Shown here piece by piece: positions 1 through 9,471 of a stretch of DNA of 40,588 bases. The stretch covers positions 1 to 40,588 of the forward strand of contig SCKW01000001.1 in the NCBI GenBank assembly GCA_004100265.1, read 5' to 3'. The position numbers were made by a program, and so were the translations under genes. The stretch is from Candidatus Chaera renei (GTDB taxonomy: Bacteria; Patescibacteriota; Saccharimonadia; Saccharimonadales; Saccharimonadaceae). The notes below the pieces were generated by a model, which had not been told where the DNA came from, made no database searches, and saw nothing but the letters and a program-made list of their open reading frames with translations. Numbering within the stretch: position 1 is the stretch's first letter; each line of letters begins with the position of its first letter.

Positions 1-182
1 TAGTTGTCTACCTTGTCGGTGACCGCCGCCAGGCCGCCGATGACGCCGCGCTCATACAACACCGTTTCGATGTTTTCGCGCGCCGTATAAACCGCGGCCG
101 CCAGGGCGGCCGGGCCGGCGCCAACCATTACGCAATCATATACTTTATCGGCGTTGGCGTTATCGTTTAATAACTGATTCAT
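1..182 (-). CDS. trxB: thioredoxin-disulfide reductase, N-terminal part (gene runs off the left edge)
   Basis: Not in the ORF track because it is truncated. Reverse translation from the ATG at 182-180 gives MNQLLNDNANADKVYDCVMVGAGPAALAAAVYTARENIETVLYERGVIGGLAAVTDKVDNY. This has the GxGxxG FAD fold and a GG...T..V.NY motif typical of TrxB. It lies directly downstream of a glutaredoxin-like gene. Confidence 0.75.
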   Translation of the reverse strand, partial: MNQLLNDNANADKVYDCVMVGAGPAALAAAVYTARENIETVLYERGVIGGLAAVTDKVDN

Positions 183-282
183 GTTTGATTCAAGCAACCC
201 TACAAGATTCATCCTGGCGGCGCTATGTCGGCGTGAAAATTCAGCCTTACTTTAAAGTAACGTTAAAGTTTATTATACGCTT

Positions 283-540
283 CTAATCGGCCAGGGCGGC
301 GGCCAGCTTGGCGGGATTCCAGCCCACGGTGATGTCCTGGCGGCCGCTGGCGTCGCTAACCACCGTCACGGGCACCGTCAATTGGCCGCTCATCTGATAT
401 AACCGTTGTCTTTCGTTGGGCGCGTCGTCCAGGTTGACCTCTTGGAACATCCGGCCCTTGGCACTAAGCCATTTTTTCACCATAACGCAATAAGCGCAGC
501 TGGAGGTTGTGTAAACGGTAATATTCTTCGCGGCGTTCAT
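283..540 (-). CDS. glutaredoxin-like / NrdH-type small redoxin
   Basis: 85 aa with a CAYC (CxxC) motif after an N-terminal beta strand (ITVYTTSSCAYC) and a TVP motif. Thioredoxin-fold pattern, next to trxB. Confidence 0.8.
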   Translation of the reverse strand: MNAAKNITVYTTSSCAYCVMVKKWLSAKGRMFQEVNLDDAPNERQRLYQMSGQLTVPVTVVSDASGRQDITVGWNPAKLAAALAD

Positions 541-606
541 AAAAACGGTTTTCCTTTCGTCTAGTGTCTTTGTTTATGTTAGAGGCGCGGCCCTTACCCT
601 TAAATT

Positions 607-641
607 ATATAGCGTAGAATAACCTTTGCAATACGCTATAT
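607..641 (-). terminator. hairpin downstream of the FKBP gene (10-bp stem ATATAGCGTA/TACGCTATAT, 15-nt loop)
   Basis: Perfect inverted repeat read directly from the sequence. Only a weak U-tract follows on the minus strand. Confidence 0.3.
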
Positions 642-648
642 GTTGTTT

Positions 649-1215
649 TTATTGCGAAAAGCCGATCAGCTCAATGTAAAAATATAACGGCTGGTTGGGG
701 CCTATCACCGGCGGGCTGCCGCTGGCGCCGTAGGCCAGGTCCGCAGGAATATACAGTTTGCGAACCCCGCCGGCCTGCATGCCCTGCAACCCTTGCTGCC
801 AACCGCCGATCACCTGGCTCAATTTAATAGCAATCGGCTGGGACCGGTCATACGAGTTGTCAAACACCGTTCCGTCGGCCAGATTGCCCAGATAATGCAC
901 CGTGACGCAGGCGTCGCCCGAGCTAATCGCCGGGCCGCTGCCTTTAGCGACGTCCTCAGTTTTTAGCTGGGTCACCGCGTTTTTGTCAAACGGCTGCGCC
1001 GGAGGTTTAGCGTAGGTTTTGCCGGATGGCGGTGAAACCGGATCGCATTTGAGTTGCTGCTGCAGCTTGGCTATTTCCGCCTGTTGCTTGGCGGCTTGAT
1101 CGGCCTGATTATTGTTAGCCAAAATCACCAGAAAATAGGTGCCTAAAGACCCTACGGCCATCACGATGGTAATGACCCAAATAAAAATTCTCTGCGATTT
1201 TTTGGTGGTGCCCAT
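649..1215 (-). CDS. membrane-anchored FKBP-type peptidyl-prolyl cis-trans isomerase
   Basis: N-terminal TM helix, then an FKBP signature (VTVHYLGNLADGTVFDNSYDRSQP...GGWQQGLQGMQAGGVRKLYIPADLAYG). Confidence 0.85.
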   Translation of the reverse strand: MGTTKKSQRIFIWVITIVMAVGSLGTYFLVILANNNQADQAAKQQAEIAKLQQQLKCDPVSPPSGKTYAKPPAQPFDKNAVTQLKTEDVAKGSGPAISSGDACVTVHYLGNLADGTVFDNSYDRSQPIAIKLSQVIGGWQQGLQGMQAGGVRKLYIPADLAYGASGSPPVIGPNQPLYFYIELIGFSQ

Positions 1216-1254
1216 ATTAAAATGTTTTGTCCGAATTTTATTTTAGCACGCGGC

Positions 1255-2631
1255 TCATTGCAGGCTAAGGCGCAGCCTGGCCAGCTTGCCAAAATGCTCG
1301 CGGCGGCTCGGCTCGGCTTCTGCCGCCAAGCGATGCAGCGACGCCGAGGCGCTGGGATACGGCAAGGGCAGCCGGGCCAGTTGTTCGATTGGTATACCGC
1401 GCTCGATCGCCACCGCCAAATAGCCAATAATCTCGCCGGCGGCCGGGCCAACGCAGACCGCGCCCAGCAGCCTTTGTTTATAATCCGTTACCACCTTAAT
1501 ATAGCCGTCCGGGCTGACGCAGCTCACGGGATCCGCCGCGCCGTAGGCAACTGTGGTAGTCTTATATTCCTGCCCCTGTTTGATCAGCTGCTGGATGGTT
1601 ACGCCCGCTACCGCTATCGGCGGATCGGTGTAGATGCATTGCGGCTGCCATATCGGAGCGGCCGCCTTCAGGCCGAATAGCGCGTGGCGGGCCGCTTGGC
1701 TGCCGGCCCAAGCGGCGCTATGGCTCAGCCTGGCACCTCCCGACACCGTATCGCCGATGGCATAGATCCTGGCGTTGGCAGTTTGCCAGTTGCCGTCAAC
1801 TTCAATGCCGTCTGGTTTAATGATCGCGCCACTTCGTTTTAAGCCTCGCGGCAACCGGGGCCGCCGGCCGGCCGCCACAACCAACGCGTCCGCCCTTAGA
1901 TGATAGGGCTTGCCGTAGCGTTGTACCAGCAACTGGAACTTGTCGCCCGGCTTGTTGGCCTTTACCAAGGAGCCGCTGGTGATCACCTGAACGCCGGCCG
2001 CCTCCAGCCGGCCGGTCAGAAAATCGGAGGCTTCTTCATCGATATCCTTCAGAAGCCGCGAGTTATGTTCTATTAAGTAAACTTTTATGCCCAGCGACGA
2101 CAGGGCCGAGGCCAATTCCGCCGCCGAAGCTCCGCCGCCCAAAATCGCTACCTGCCGGGGCTTGCGCCGGATTCTCAGCAAAAAATTATCCACCGTATCG
2201 TAGCCTGACTGTTTTAATCCGACAACCGACGGCACCGCTGGCCGAGAACCGCTGGCTACTATGATCCGGCTGGCCTCGATGCGACGGCCCCCTTCAACCA
2301 TCACGCCGCCTCGATTGTCCAGCGACGCCCGGCCAAACAACAGATCAAGCGACGGTTGATCCCGACAAAGCCGCAACAGGTTTTGCCTGGCGCTGGCCGA
2401 TGACAAACGGGCCTGCTTAGCGGCCGCGCGCCAATTGCTACCGGGTTTTTGACAATATAGCGCGAAAACCTTAGAAGGCAGATCGCCGCTGTTAATGCTG
2501 CTGCCGCCCAAATTTTGTTCGTCCGCCTCTATTAACACCGTCCGGGCTCCCGCCCGGGCAGCGTAAATGGCGGCAGCCGACCCACCCGCTCCGGCGCCTA
2601 TCACCGCTAGGTCATAGCGCTGCCGATTCAT
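1255..2631 (-). CDS. class I pyridine nucleotide-disulfide oxidoreductase homolog (Lpd/GR/MerA-like) lacking the redox-active CxxxxC
   Basis: FAD motif VIGAGAGGSAAA, NAD motif ILGGGASAAELA and AIGD are present. The position of GGTCLNVGCIPSK reads GGSSINSGDLPSK (2470-2508). Confidence 0.8.
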   Translation of the reverse strand: MNRQRYDLAVIGAGAGGSAAAIYAARAGARTVLIEADEQNLGGSSINSGDLPSKVFALYCQKPGSNWRAAAKQARLSSASARQNLLRLCRDQPSLDLLFGRASLDNRGGVMVEGGRRIEASRIIVASGSRPAVPSVVGLKQSGYDTVDNFLLRIRRKPRQVAILGGGASAAELASALSSLGIKVYLIEHNSRLLKDIDEEASDFLTGRLEAAGVQVITSGSLVKANKPGDKFQLLVQRYGKPYHLRADALVVAAGRRPRLPRGLKRSGAIIKPDGIEVDGNWQTANARIYAIGDTVSGGARLSHSAAWAGSQAARHALFGLKAAAPIWQPQCIYTDPPIAVAGVTIQQLIKQGQEYKTTTVAYGAADPVSCVSPDGYIKVVTDYKQRLLGAVCVGPAAGEIIGYLAVAIERGIPIEQLARLPLPYPSASASLHRLAAEAEPSRREHFGKLARLRLSLQ

Positions 2632-2687
2632 AATATATCCAGTCTACATGGCAATCCCGGGCACGTGAAGCGTTAAATCCGATGAGA

Positions 2688-5183
2688 TCAAACCTGGCGG
2701 GCACCCAAATGCTCGGCCGCGGCCGCGGCTAGCCGGGCGATCACCTGATTCGCCCGCTGGGTGGTAATGGTGCCGCGGTGGTCGGACAGATCAATCCTGA
2801 AGGTAATATGCCGCGCTTCGGGACGCTTCGGGTCGCGATAGATGCTAAGAGGCCGGTATCGTCCGTCCAGCGGCTCTTTGGCCAGCGACTGGCCGATGAC
2901 TCGCGCCACCTCGGCGTACGCCAAGTCTGCCGGCACCCGCAGGGTTAGATCTTTTTCGGTGCCCGGGTATTTGCCTGAGGGGCGGTAATCCGAAACCGGA
3001 CGGGCCACTTCGGCCAACGCCGCCAAGTCAAGCTCCAGTCCGGCCAGCGCCGGCGGCAGCTTCAGGCTTTGCAAAACGCCGTCTTTCAGCTCGCCAACTA
3101 CGCCAACGGGCGCCTTAACTCCCGGTACGAACAGCAAGGCCGACCGCTTTGGCATATAAGGCGCTACGATTTGGTCGTTGTAGTCCGAATTGGTCAGCGG
3201 CTTAAACTCAAACCTTAGCTTTAAACTGCCGGCGATATGTTCGGCGAACCGCCTGGCGGCGTAATAAGCCGGCTGGTTGCCGGCATGGGAGCGCGCGTAA
3301 ACCAGCGCCAAAGACGGCCGTTCCAGCGGCAGCCCGTCAGCGTCCAGGCCGCGCTTGTCATGCAGCTTGCCGATCTCAAAAAGGGCGAATTCCTGATAGC
3401 CGCTTTTTAAATTCTGACGGCACTTCTCCAGCAGGCTGGGGGTCAGGCTAAGACGGTAATGCTGCAGGTCGCCGCTTAAGGCGTTAACCACCTTAAAAGC
3501 CCGCTCGGAATTTTGGCCGGCGTCGCTTATCAGACTTTGGGACACGAAACTATAGGTTAGCACCTCGTTGGCGCCGGCCTTGTCAAGGGCCCGGCGCAAA
3601 ACCTGAGCCTGAACCGCCAAAGGATCCTCCAGCGCGGCCGACATCGGCCTAAGTGGCAGCGCGGCCGGCAGGTGATCATAGCCGCTCAGCCGTCCGATCT
3701 CTTCTATAACGTCTTCGGCTATACGCAGGTCGGCGCGCCAATAGGGCGGGTGAACGCTCAGTTCGTCCTGGCGCTGCCGCGCATCAATTTCGGCCCGGCG
3801 TAAGATCAGGACCGCCTCTTCGGCACTAAAGCTGGTACCCAGCACCCGGTTAAGCCGCTCAACCTCAAGATGAATAACCGGAGTCTTGGCAGGACCAGGA
3901 TAAACATCAACCACCTGGCTGATCCGCCGGGCCAAGCAGATATCGCTCAGCATTCTAACGGCGCTGGCCAGCACCGGCGCGGTCTGCGCGACCGGTTGCC
4001 CCTTGGTAAACCTGGTAACCGCCTCGCTGAATATGCCGTGCCTCATTTGGGTGTTGCGCAGGCGGTAAAGATTAAACGTGGCGCTCTCTAGCAGCAGGCG
4101 CTTGGTGGAACTGTCTATGGCCGTGCTGGCGCCGCCCATTGCTCCGGCCAGGGCCACCGGAACCGGCCCGGCGCATATCACTATATCTTGATCGTTCAGC
4201 CGGATAGTGCGTCCGTCGATCAATGTCAAGCTTTCACCCGGCTTAGCCTGGCGGACCGCCACTTGGGCCTTTCTCTCGGGGTGAACCGACAAAAACTTAT
4301 CAAGGTCAAAGGCGTGCAGCGGCTGGCCGGTTAAATACATTAAATAGTTGGTCACATCCACGGCGGCGCTGATCGGCCGGATGCCCACGCGAGCCAGCCA
4401 GGTTTGGATAAGCAGCGGTGAAGTCTTGGAGGCGTCCAGATTATCCAGAGCAACCAACTGATAGCGCTCCGACAGATCGGCGTCTACCGTAGCCTTCAGC
4501 TCCAGCGGCGCCAAGGCCGAATCCAGCGGCACCAAGTCTGGCTTTAGCGCCGTCAGCCATTTGGGCGTTTGAAAATCTTGGCCCGAAATGGCGGCGACTT
4601 CCCGGGCAAAACCGATTAAACCGAAACAGTCGGGGCGATGAGTCAACGACTTGTTCTCGATATCCAGCAAATAATCGTTCAGCTGGTAGGCCTCGGCGAA
4701 CCCGGCCCCGACCGGCTGGTCGGAATCAACCTCTAATATACCCGAGTGGTCGTCGCCCAGGGCCAGCTCCTTGGCGCTGGCCAGCATGCCGGCCGAAACC
4801 GCGCCGCGCACTTCTTTGGCGGACAAAGTTTCCGGCTTTTTATCAACGCTGGCCGGCAAGACGGCCCCTGGAGGCAGCCAGACAACTTTCATGCCCTCGC
4901 GCAAATTGGAGGCGCCGCAAACCACTTCCACCAGCCCGTCTCCGCGGCGCCAATTGCCAAACAAACGACCGGGACCGGGGTCTACACCGACCAGGCTCAG
5001 CCTGTCAGCGCCGGGATGCGACGCCACCCGTTTGATTTGGGCGATTACCGCGCCCTGGTAACGTCGTCCCAAATCAACCACCCGCTCAACCTCGACCAAG
5101 CGCGAGCCTATCAGTTCGGCCAGGTCCTCGACCGGACTATCGATTTTCACGAACTGCTTCAGCCAATTTAACGAGATAATCAT
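2688..5183 (-). CDS. pheT: phenylalanine--tRNA ligase beta subunit
   Basis: 831 aa. N-terminal MIISLNWLKQFV start, tRNA-binding, B3/4 and B5 regions, C-terminal anticodon-binding-like domain. Lies 3 nt after pheS. Confidence 0.95.
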   Translation of the reverse strand: MIISLNWLKQFVKIDSPVEDLAELIGSRLVEVERVVDLGRRYQGAVIAQIKRVASHPGADRLSLVGVDPGPGRLFGNWRRGDGLVEVVCGASNLREGMKVVWLPPGAVLPASVDKKPETLSAKEVRGAVSAGMLASAKELALGDDHSGILEVDSDQPVGAGFAEAYQLNDYLLDIENKSLTHRPDCFGLIGFAREVAAISGQDFQTPKWLTALKPDLVPLDSALAPLELKATVDADLSERYQLVALDNLDASKTSPLLIQTWLARVGIRPISAAVDVTNYLMYLTGQPLHAFDLDKFLSVHPERKAQVAVRQAKPGESLTLIDGRTIRLNDQDIVICAGPVPVALAGAMGGASTAIDSSTKRLLLESATFNLYRLRNTQMRHGIFSEAVTRFTKGQPVAQTAPVLASAVRMLSDICLARRISQVVDVYPGPAKTPVIHLEVERLNRVLGTSFSAEEAVLILRRAEIDARQRQDELSVHPPYWRADLRIAEDVIEEIGRLSGYDHLPAALPLRPMSAALEDPLAVQAQVLRRALDKAGANEVLTYSFVSQSLISDAGQNSERAFKVVNALSGDLQHYRLSLTPSLLEKCRQNLKSGYQEFALFEIGKLHDKRGLDADGLPLERPSLALVYARSHAGNQPAYYAARRFAEHIAGSLKLRFEFKPLTNSDYNDQIVAPYMPKRSALLFVPGVKAPVGVVGELKDGVLQSLKLPPALAGLELDLAALAEVARPVSDYRPSGKYPGTEKDLTLRVPADLAYAEVARVIGQSLAKEPLDGRYRPLSIYRDPKRPEARHITFRIDLSDHRGTITTQRANQVIARLAAAAAEHLGARQV

Positions 5184-5186
5184 AAT

Positions 5187-6212
5187 TTAAAACTGCCTCA
5201 AAAACCTTAGGTCGCCCGATTCAAAATAACGAATGTCCTCGATACCGTGACGCAGCATAACCAAGCGCTCGATACCGCCGCCCCACGCGAAACCGCGAAA
5301 ACGCTCGGGGTCAATACCGGCCGTTTTTAAAACGTTGGGATGAATCATGCCGCAGCCGAGCAGCTCCAGCCACTGGCCGGGTTTGCCGCCGATGGAAGCC
5401 GGCTTTTCAACCGCGAACTCCAGCCCCGGCTCGACAAACGGAAAATAAGCCGGTTGGGTTTTGATCTTGGTGGGCTGGCCAAAGTAGCTGTCGTAAAAAT
5501 GTTTCAAGAGCGCCAGCATTTGGCCCAAATTAGCGCTGTCGCTGACATAAACTCCTTCCAGCTGATAAAAGGTGTGGTCGTGCGTCGCGTCAACGTCTTC
5601 GTTGCGGAAACAGCGCCCGTAAATCACCGAGGCTATAGACGCGCCGCTCTCCAGCCGCGACCTGCCGCTTTTTAAAATGCGATGCTGCATGGTGCTGGTG
5701 TGGGCGGGCGGAATCAACCCTTCTTCGGTACGAAAAGAGTCGTAGCTGTCGCGCGCCGGGTGATCGGGCGGAAAATTGAGAGCGGTAAACATGTTAAACT
5801 CGTCGTCCAGCTGGCGGGATTCCACCGCTTCGAAGCCCATCCTCTGAAAAATATCCACCACCCGGGCCAATTCCTGAGTCAGCGGGTGCAGCGAACCTTG
5901 CTCCGCCGGCAATAAATTAAACCTTTCGCGCTCGGATTGGTTGTCGCCGAAAGGGGCGGTTACGTCAATCGGCAAACGCCCGGACCGGCCGGATAAAGAC
6001 CGCTTCTGCCAGCCGCGAACCTTTGTTTCAAGCTCTTCTTTAAGTTGATTAATTAGCTTACCCAGGCGCGGACGATCTTCTGCTGCGGCACTTTTAAGAT
6101 TGCCGTAGAGCGTTTTTAACTGCGGCGATTTTAAAATATCGGCCTTGTCGTCCAGCTGCTCATACAAGTCTAAAAGCACTTGACGCGCCTGATTAATGTC
6201 ACGGCTATTCAC
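5187..6212 (-). CDS. pheS: phenylalanine--tRNA ligase alpha subunit
   Basis: 341 aa with class II aaRS motifs (HPARD, FRNE, GFAWGGGIERLVM). Confidence 0.95.
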   Translation of the reverse strand: MNSRDINQARQVLLDLYEQLDDKADILKSPQLKTLYGNLKSAAAEDRPRLGKLINQLKEELETKVRGWQKRSLSGRSGRLPIDVTAPFGDNQSERERFNLLPAEQGSLHPLTQELARVVDIFQRMGFEAVESRQLDDEFNMFTALNFPPDHPARDSYDSFRTEEGLIPPAHTSTMQHRILKSGRSRLESGASIASVIYGRCFRNEDVDATHDHTFYQLEGVYVSDSANLGQMLALLKHFYDSYFGQPTKIKTQPAYFPFVEPGLEFAVEKPASIGGKPGQWLELLGCGMIHPNVLKTAGIDPERFRGFAWGGGIERLVMLRHGIEDIRYFESGDLRFLRQF

Positions 6213-6262
6213 TTTAAAAACAGTATAGCATTAAAAACCGAGCCACTTTTTAAGAGGGCACC

Positions 6263-6493
6263 TTACCTTAACAAAAACACCGCGGCCATCACCATAATCA
6301 GCACGCCAAGCAACACCAGCCAAAAACCGGCCGGGTTGGTCGGTCGCCAATTGCTCTGGTCGTAGGTTTGGCTGGGCGGAATCGGCTGGGTCTCGTCGCC
6401 TCCGGCCCGGCTTTTGGCGTTCCGCTCCAGCCGTTTGGCGATTTGCGACTGCAGCTCGCTTTGAGGATTTTGTTGTCTTAAAAATATTGCCAT
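6263..6493 (-). CDS. small hypothetical protein with C-terminal TM helix
   Basis: 76-aa ORF in the operon direction with one clear hydrophobic helix (FWLVLLGVLIMVMAAVFLL). No recognisable family. Confidence 0.5.
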   Translation of the reverse strand: MAIFLRQQNPQSELQSQIAKRLERNAKSRAGGDETQPIPPSQTYDQSNWRPTNPAGFWLVLLGVLIMVMAAVFLLR

Positions 6494-6518
6494 GGTTCTA
6501 TTCTAACCCGGCGGCCGA

Positions 6519-7280
6519 TTATTTGCCGAGGGTTTGCCCCAGCCACCACCCAAAAAGCGTCAGCAGCAGGTTGCCGCCAACCAGCACGCCGCTTTGCAGA
6601 TTGGCCCGGCGCCAGTTGGTTTCGGCGTGGATCGAGGGAATCACGTCCGAAGCGGCGATATAAACAAAAAACCCGGCCGAAACCGCCAGCAGCGGCGCCA
6701 CGGCCGGCTCAATCCAGCCGCCGGCGGCCGCGGTAGCGGTTGCTGCCACGGCAGTCGCCAGCGCCCCCGCCACGTTAACCGCCACCACCCTAAGACGCTT
6801 CATACCCTTGCTGAGCAGCAGACCGAAATTACCGATTTCATGGGGGATCTCGTGCGCCGCCACCGCCACCGTGGTAACGATGCCGGCGGCGGGACTTACC
6901 AAAAAAGCGGCGCCAATGGCTACGCCATCCAGGGCGTTATGCAAAATGTCGCCGGTAACAATTAAGCTCCGGTTGGCGTTCACCGGTTCGGCCTCGTGCA
7001 CGTGATGATGATGAAACCAGCGAAGCGTTCTTTCCAGCACGAAAAACAAAATCATGCCGAACATCGCCCAAAGACTGCCGGCCCACCCTCCCAGCAGACT
7101 GACGGCCTCGGGCAATAAATCGCCAAATGCCGCGGCCAGTAAGGCGCCGGCCGCGAACGGCACGCTATAGCCCTTAAGCACGCCAGCCAAGCGGCCGCCG
7201 GTTATTAAATACAGGCCGCCGATCAACGACACCAGGCTCCCCGCTAAAGTTACGGCAAAAACCAAACTTACCAGGCTCAT
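6519..7280 (-). CDS. ZIP family divalent metal (zinc) transporter
   Basis: Multi-TM protein with a His-rich loop (HHHHVHEAEP) and a ZIP signature (AVAAHEIPHEIGNFGLL). Confidence 0.85.
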   Translation of the reverse strand: MSLVSLVFAVTLAGSLVSLIGGLYLITGGRLAGVLKGYSVPFAAGALLAAAFGDLLPEAVSLLGGWAGSLWAMFGMILFFVLERTLRWFHHHHVHEAEPVNANRSLIVTGDILHNALDGVAIGAAFLVSPAAGIVTTVAVAAHEIPHEIGNFGLLLSKGMKRLRVVAVNVAGALATAVAATATAAAGGWIEPAVAPLLAVSAGFFVYIAASDVIPSIHAETNWRRANLQSGVLVGGNLLLTLFGWWLGQTLGK

Positions 7281-7372
7281 CTTAAGAACTCCGTTCTTTG
7301 TTTTTCAATCGTTCGTAAAAAAAGCGCCTTCCCCACGACGTTCCGGTTGATTTTACCTCACATAATTAACTG

Positions 7373-7402
7373 TTGGCAAATTCACTACCAAAAGGTTATA
7401 CT
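7373..7402 (+). promoter_or_regulatory. candidate sigma70-type promoter for the MIP channel gene (TTGGCA-N18-TATACT)
   Basis: Hexamers read from the sequence. A GGAGG RBS lies 5 nt upstream of the ATG at 7432. Confidence 0.35.
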
Positions 7403-7431
7403 GCAAACCATAAACCAACTATGGAGGAGTT

Positions 7432-8241
7432 ATGGTTAGAAAGCCCGCCAAAAAAACGTCTACAGCCAAATCCAAACATAAAACGACTAAAACCGTGGTT
7501 GCCGTCCGCACCGCCAAGCGCGGCAGTTTTTCTTTGAGCGGTAATCGCTACCTGGCCAATGTTTCGGTTAGCGCCGTGCTGGCCGAGTTCATTGGCACGT
7601 TCGTGCTGGCGTTGGTAGTGCTTAACTTCTCGGGCAACGCCCTGCTGGCGTCGCTGGTGTTCATGGTGCTGGTGTTGGTGTTGGCGCCGATCTCTGGCCC
7701 CAACCTTAACCCCGCCCTAACCGTAGGGTTATGGGCAGCCAAGCGCCTGAACGGCAGTCGCGCGGTCAGCTACCTGGTGGCGCAGGTGGTGGGAGCCATG
7801 CTGGCCCTGGTAGTAGCCAACGCGTTCGTTCCCGACGTGGTTAACCCGATAACCGGCCAGGTTGGCCGCGGGCAACTGTTCACCGCCCAAGCTCTGCCGG
7901 CCGAAACGGCCAAACTATGGCGCGCCACGGGCGTGGAGGCTATCGGCATGTTCGTCTTTGCCCTGGGTGCCGCCAGCGCCTACATGAGCCGTCGCGGCTT
8001 AATGGCTAAGGCTTTCACGCTGGGAGGTTCGATGCTATTCGGCCTATTGCTGCTGCAGGGCAGCCCAATGCTTAACCCCGCTCTGGCGCTAAGCGTTCAG
8101 GCGCTCAAGTGGTCGTTGTGGCCGTTAACTATCTATGTGGTGGTGCCGCTGGTAAGCACTGTCCTGGCCATGTTGTTGTGGCGGGCGCTGCAGCGTGACA
8201 CCGTCCTGGATGGCGAACGAGCTTTCGAGCGCGAAGCCTAA
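7432..8241 (+). CDS. MIP family channel (aquaporin/glycerol facilitator-like) with Lys-rich N-terminal tail
   Basis: Two NPA boxes (NLNPALTVG and MLNPALALS) in a six-TM layout. One of the few plus-strand genes. Confidence 0.85.
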   Translation: MVRKPAKKTSTAKSKHKTTKTVVAVRTAKRGSFSLSGNRYLANVSVSAVLAEFIGTFVLALVVLNFSGNALLASLVFMVLVLVLAPISGPNLNPALTVGLWAAKRLNGSRAVSYLVAQVVGAMLALVVANAFVPDVVNPITGQVGRGQLFTAQALPAETAKLWRATGVEAIGMFVFALGAASAYMSRRGLMAKAFTLGGSMLFGLLLLQGSPMLNPALALSVQALKWSLWPLTIYVVVPLVSTVLAMLLWRALQRDTVLDGERAFEREA

Positions 8242-8277
8242 GGGCCAAAAAATACACAAAAACGTTTTAAAAGATAG

Positions 8278-8313
8278 ATCCGCCCAGATTTGCACCCTGG
8301 GCGGATTTTTATT
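8278..8313. terminator. bidirectional intrinsic terminator between the convergent MIP and rmuC genes
   Basis: 10-bp stem ATCCGCCCAG/CTGGGCGGAT with a 9-nt loop, followed by TTTTATT on the plus strand and by a T/A-rich run on the minus strand. Confidence 0.7.
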
Positions 8314-9421
8314 CTTTGGAAGGCTTATCAAGTACCAGCGGCTCGACAACCGGCGAGGTTTTGGCTATTTTAACCACGTCTTTATCAACCTTGCCTAGCT
8401 CTTTATGCGCCTGGTTGTAATGATTAACGGTTACGCCCAGGCTGCTGCCCAGCTTTTGCATAAACTCCTCAAAGTTATTAATATGCCGGCCCAGCTGGCC
8501 GACTCGCAGCTGTATTTCTTTGGCCTGCCTTTCTATCTGCAGGCTTCTGAGACCTTGTAGCACCGTCTGCAGATAGGCCATGAACGAAGTTGGGCTGACA
8601 ATAATCACCCGTTTCTCGCGAAAGGCGTATTCAATCAGATCGCGGGCGCTGGTGCGGGTAGTACCCACCTTGTTAGCCAGCAGATCGTAGTAAATGGCTT
8701 CGCTGGGTATAAACATAAAGGCAAAGTCCATGGTGCCCTCGGTGGGGCGAATGTATTTGGCGGTCTCGTCAATGCGGCTTTTAAGGTCGCCTTTAAACAG
8801 TTTAACTAGCGCCTGCCGGGCGGCCGGTTCGGTTTCTTCCACCAGCCGGTTATAGTTTTCCAAGCTGAACTTGCTGTCTATGGGCAGAAGCTGGTCGTCT
8901 TCTAAAAAAATCACGGCGTCAACCGTTTCGCCGTCGTTAAAACGGTATTGCATCTGAAAACGGTCGGGCGGCAACACGTTCTGCAGCAACGAAGCCAAGT
9001 GGTACTCGCCCAGCACGCCGCGCTGTTTGGGGTTTTGCAGGGCGTTTTGCAGCGTGCGCAGCTCGTCGGCCACGCCGACGACCCGCTTATTGGTTTCGTC
9101 AAGCCGGGTCAGCCGCTGCGTTACGTCGGCGATCAAACGGGCGCTCTGCGAAAACTGCTTTTGCAGCGAGTCGCGCAAGATAGCCTGATTCTGATCAAGC
9201 CGGGTAGTCAGGTTGGTTTGCAAGCCATCCTTTAAATCGGCCACGCTTTTACTCAACTCAATCAGATCCTGCTTCAACAGTTGGGCCGCGCTGTCCGGCG
9301 TGGCGGTTTTTTGCCTGGTCAGCACCACGATTAACGCCGCCGTCAAAGCCAAGACCGCCACGACTGCCGCTACCGCCTCGATCACCGTAACTTGCATAAC
9401 CTTAATATACCCCGAAACCAA
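8309..9421 (-). CDS. rmuC: DNA recombination protein RmuC
   Basis: N-terminal TM helix, long coiled-coil, and a C-terminal RmuC nuclease-like region (DAVIFLEDDQLLPIDSKF...FMFIPSEAIY...VIIVSPTSFMAYLQ). Confidence 0.9.
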   Translation of the reverse strand: MVSGYIKVMQVTVIEAVAAVVAVLALTAALIVVLTRQKTATPDSAAQLLKQDLIELSKSVADLKDGLQTNLTTRLDQNQAILRDSLQKQFSQSARLIADVTQRLTRLDETNKRVVGVADELRTLQNALQNPKQRGVLGEYHLASLLQNVLPPDRFQMQYRFNDGETVDAVIFLEDDQLLPIDSKFSLENYNRLVEETEPAARQALVKLFKGDLKSRIDETAKYIRPTEGTMDFAFMFIPSEAIYYDLLANKVGTTRTSARDLIEYAFREKRVIIVSPTSFMAYLQTVLQGLRSLQIERQAKEIQLRVGQLGRHINNFEEFMQKLGSSLGVTVNHYNQAHKELGKVDKDVVKIAKTSPVVEPLVLDKPSKE

Positions 9422-9471
9422 GCCGCCGCGCCATAGCGCCGGCCTCGGCGATTAGCCTAAGAGGGCGGCGA

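Noticed and set aside
1222-1680. Plus-strand ORFs lying antisense to well-supported minus-strand genes (for example 1222-1680, 4746-5171, 15574-16392, 21055-21930, 27905-28342, 31462-31941)
   Set aside because: They are Arg/Gly/Pro/Ala-rich shadow ORFs typical of GC-rich DNA. They fully overlap genes with clear family signatures and have no motifs of their own.
5184-6262. T-box or other leader riboswitch for pheS-pheT (and for leuS at 22351-22447)
   Set aside because: The upstream gaps are only about 50 and 97 nt. They are occupied by a terminator and a promoter, which is too short for a T-box leader.
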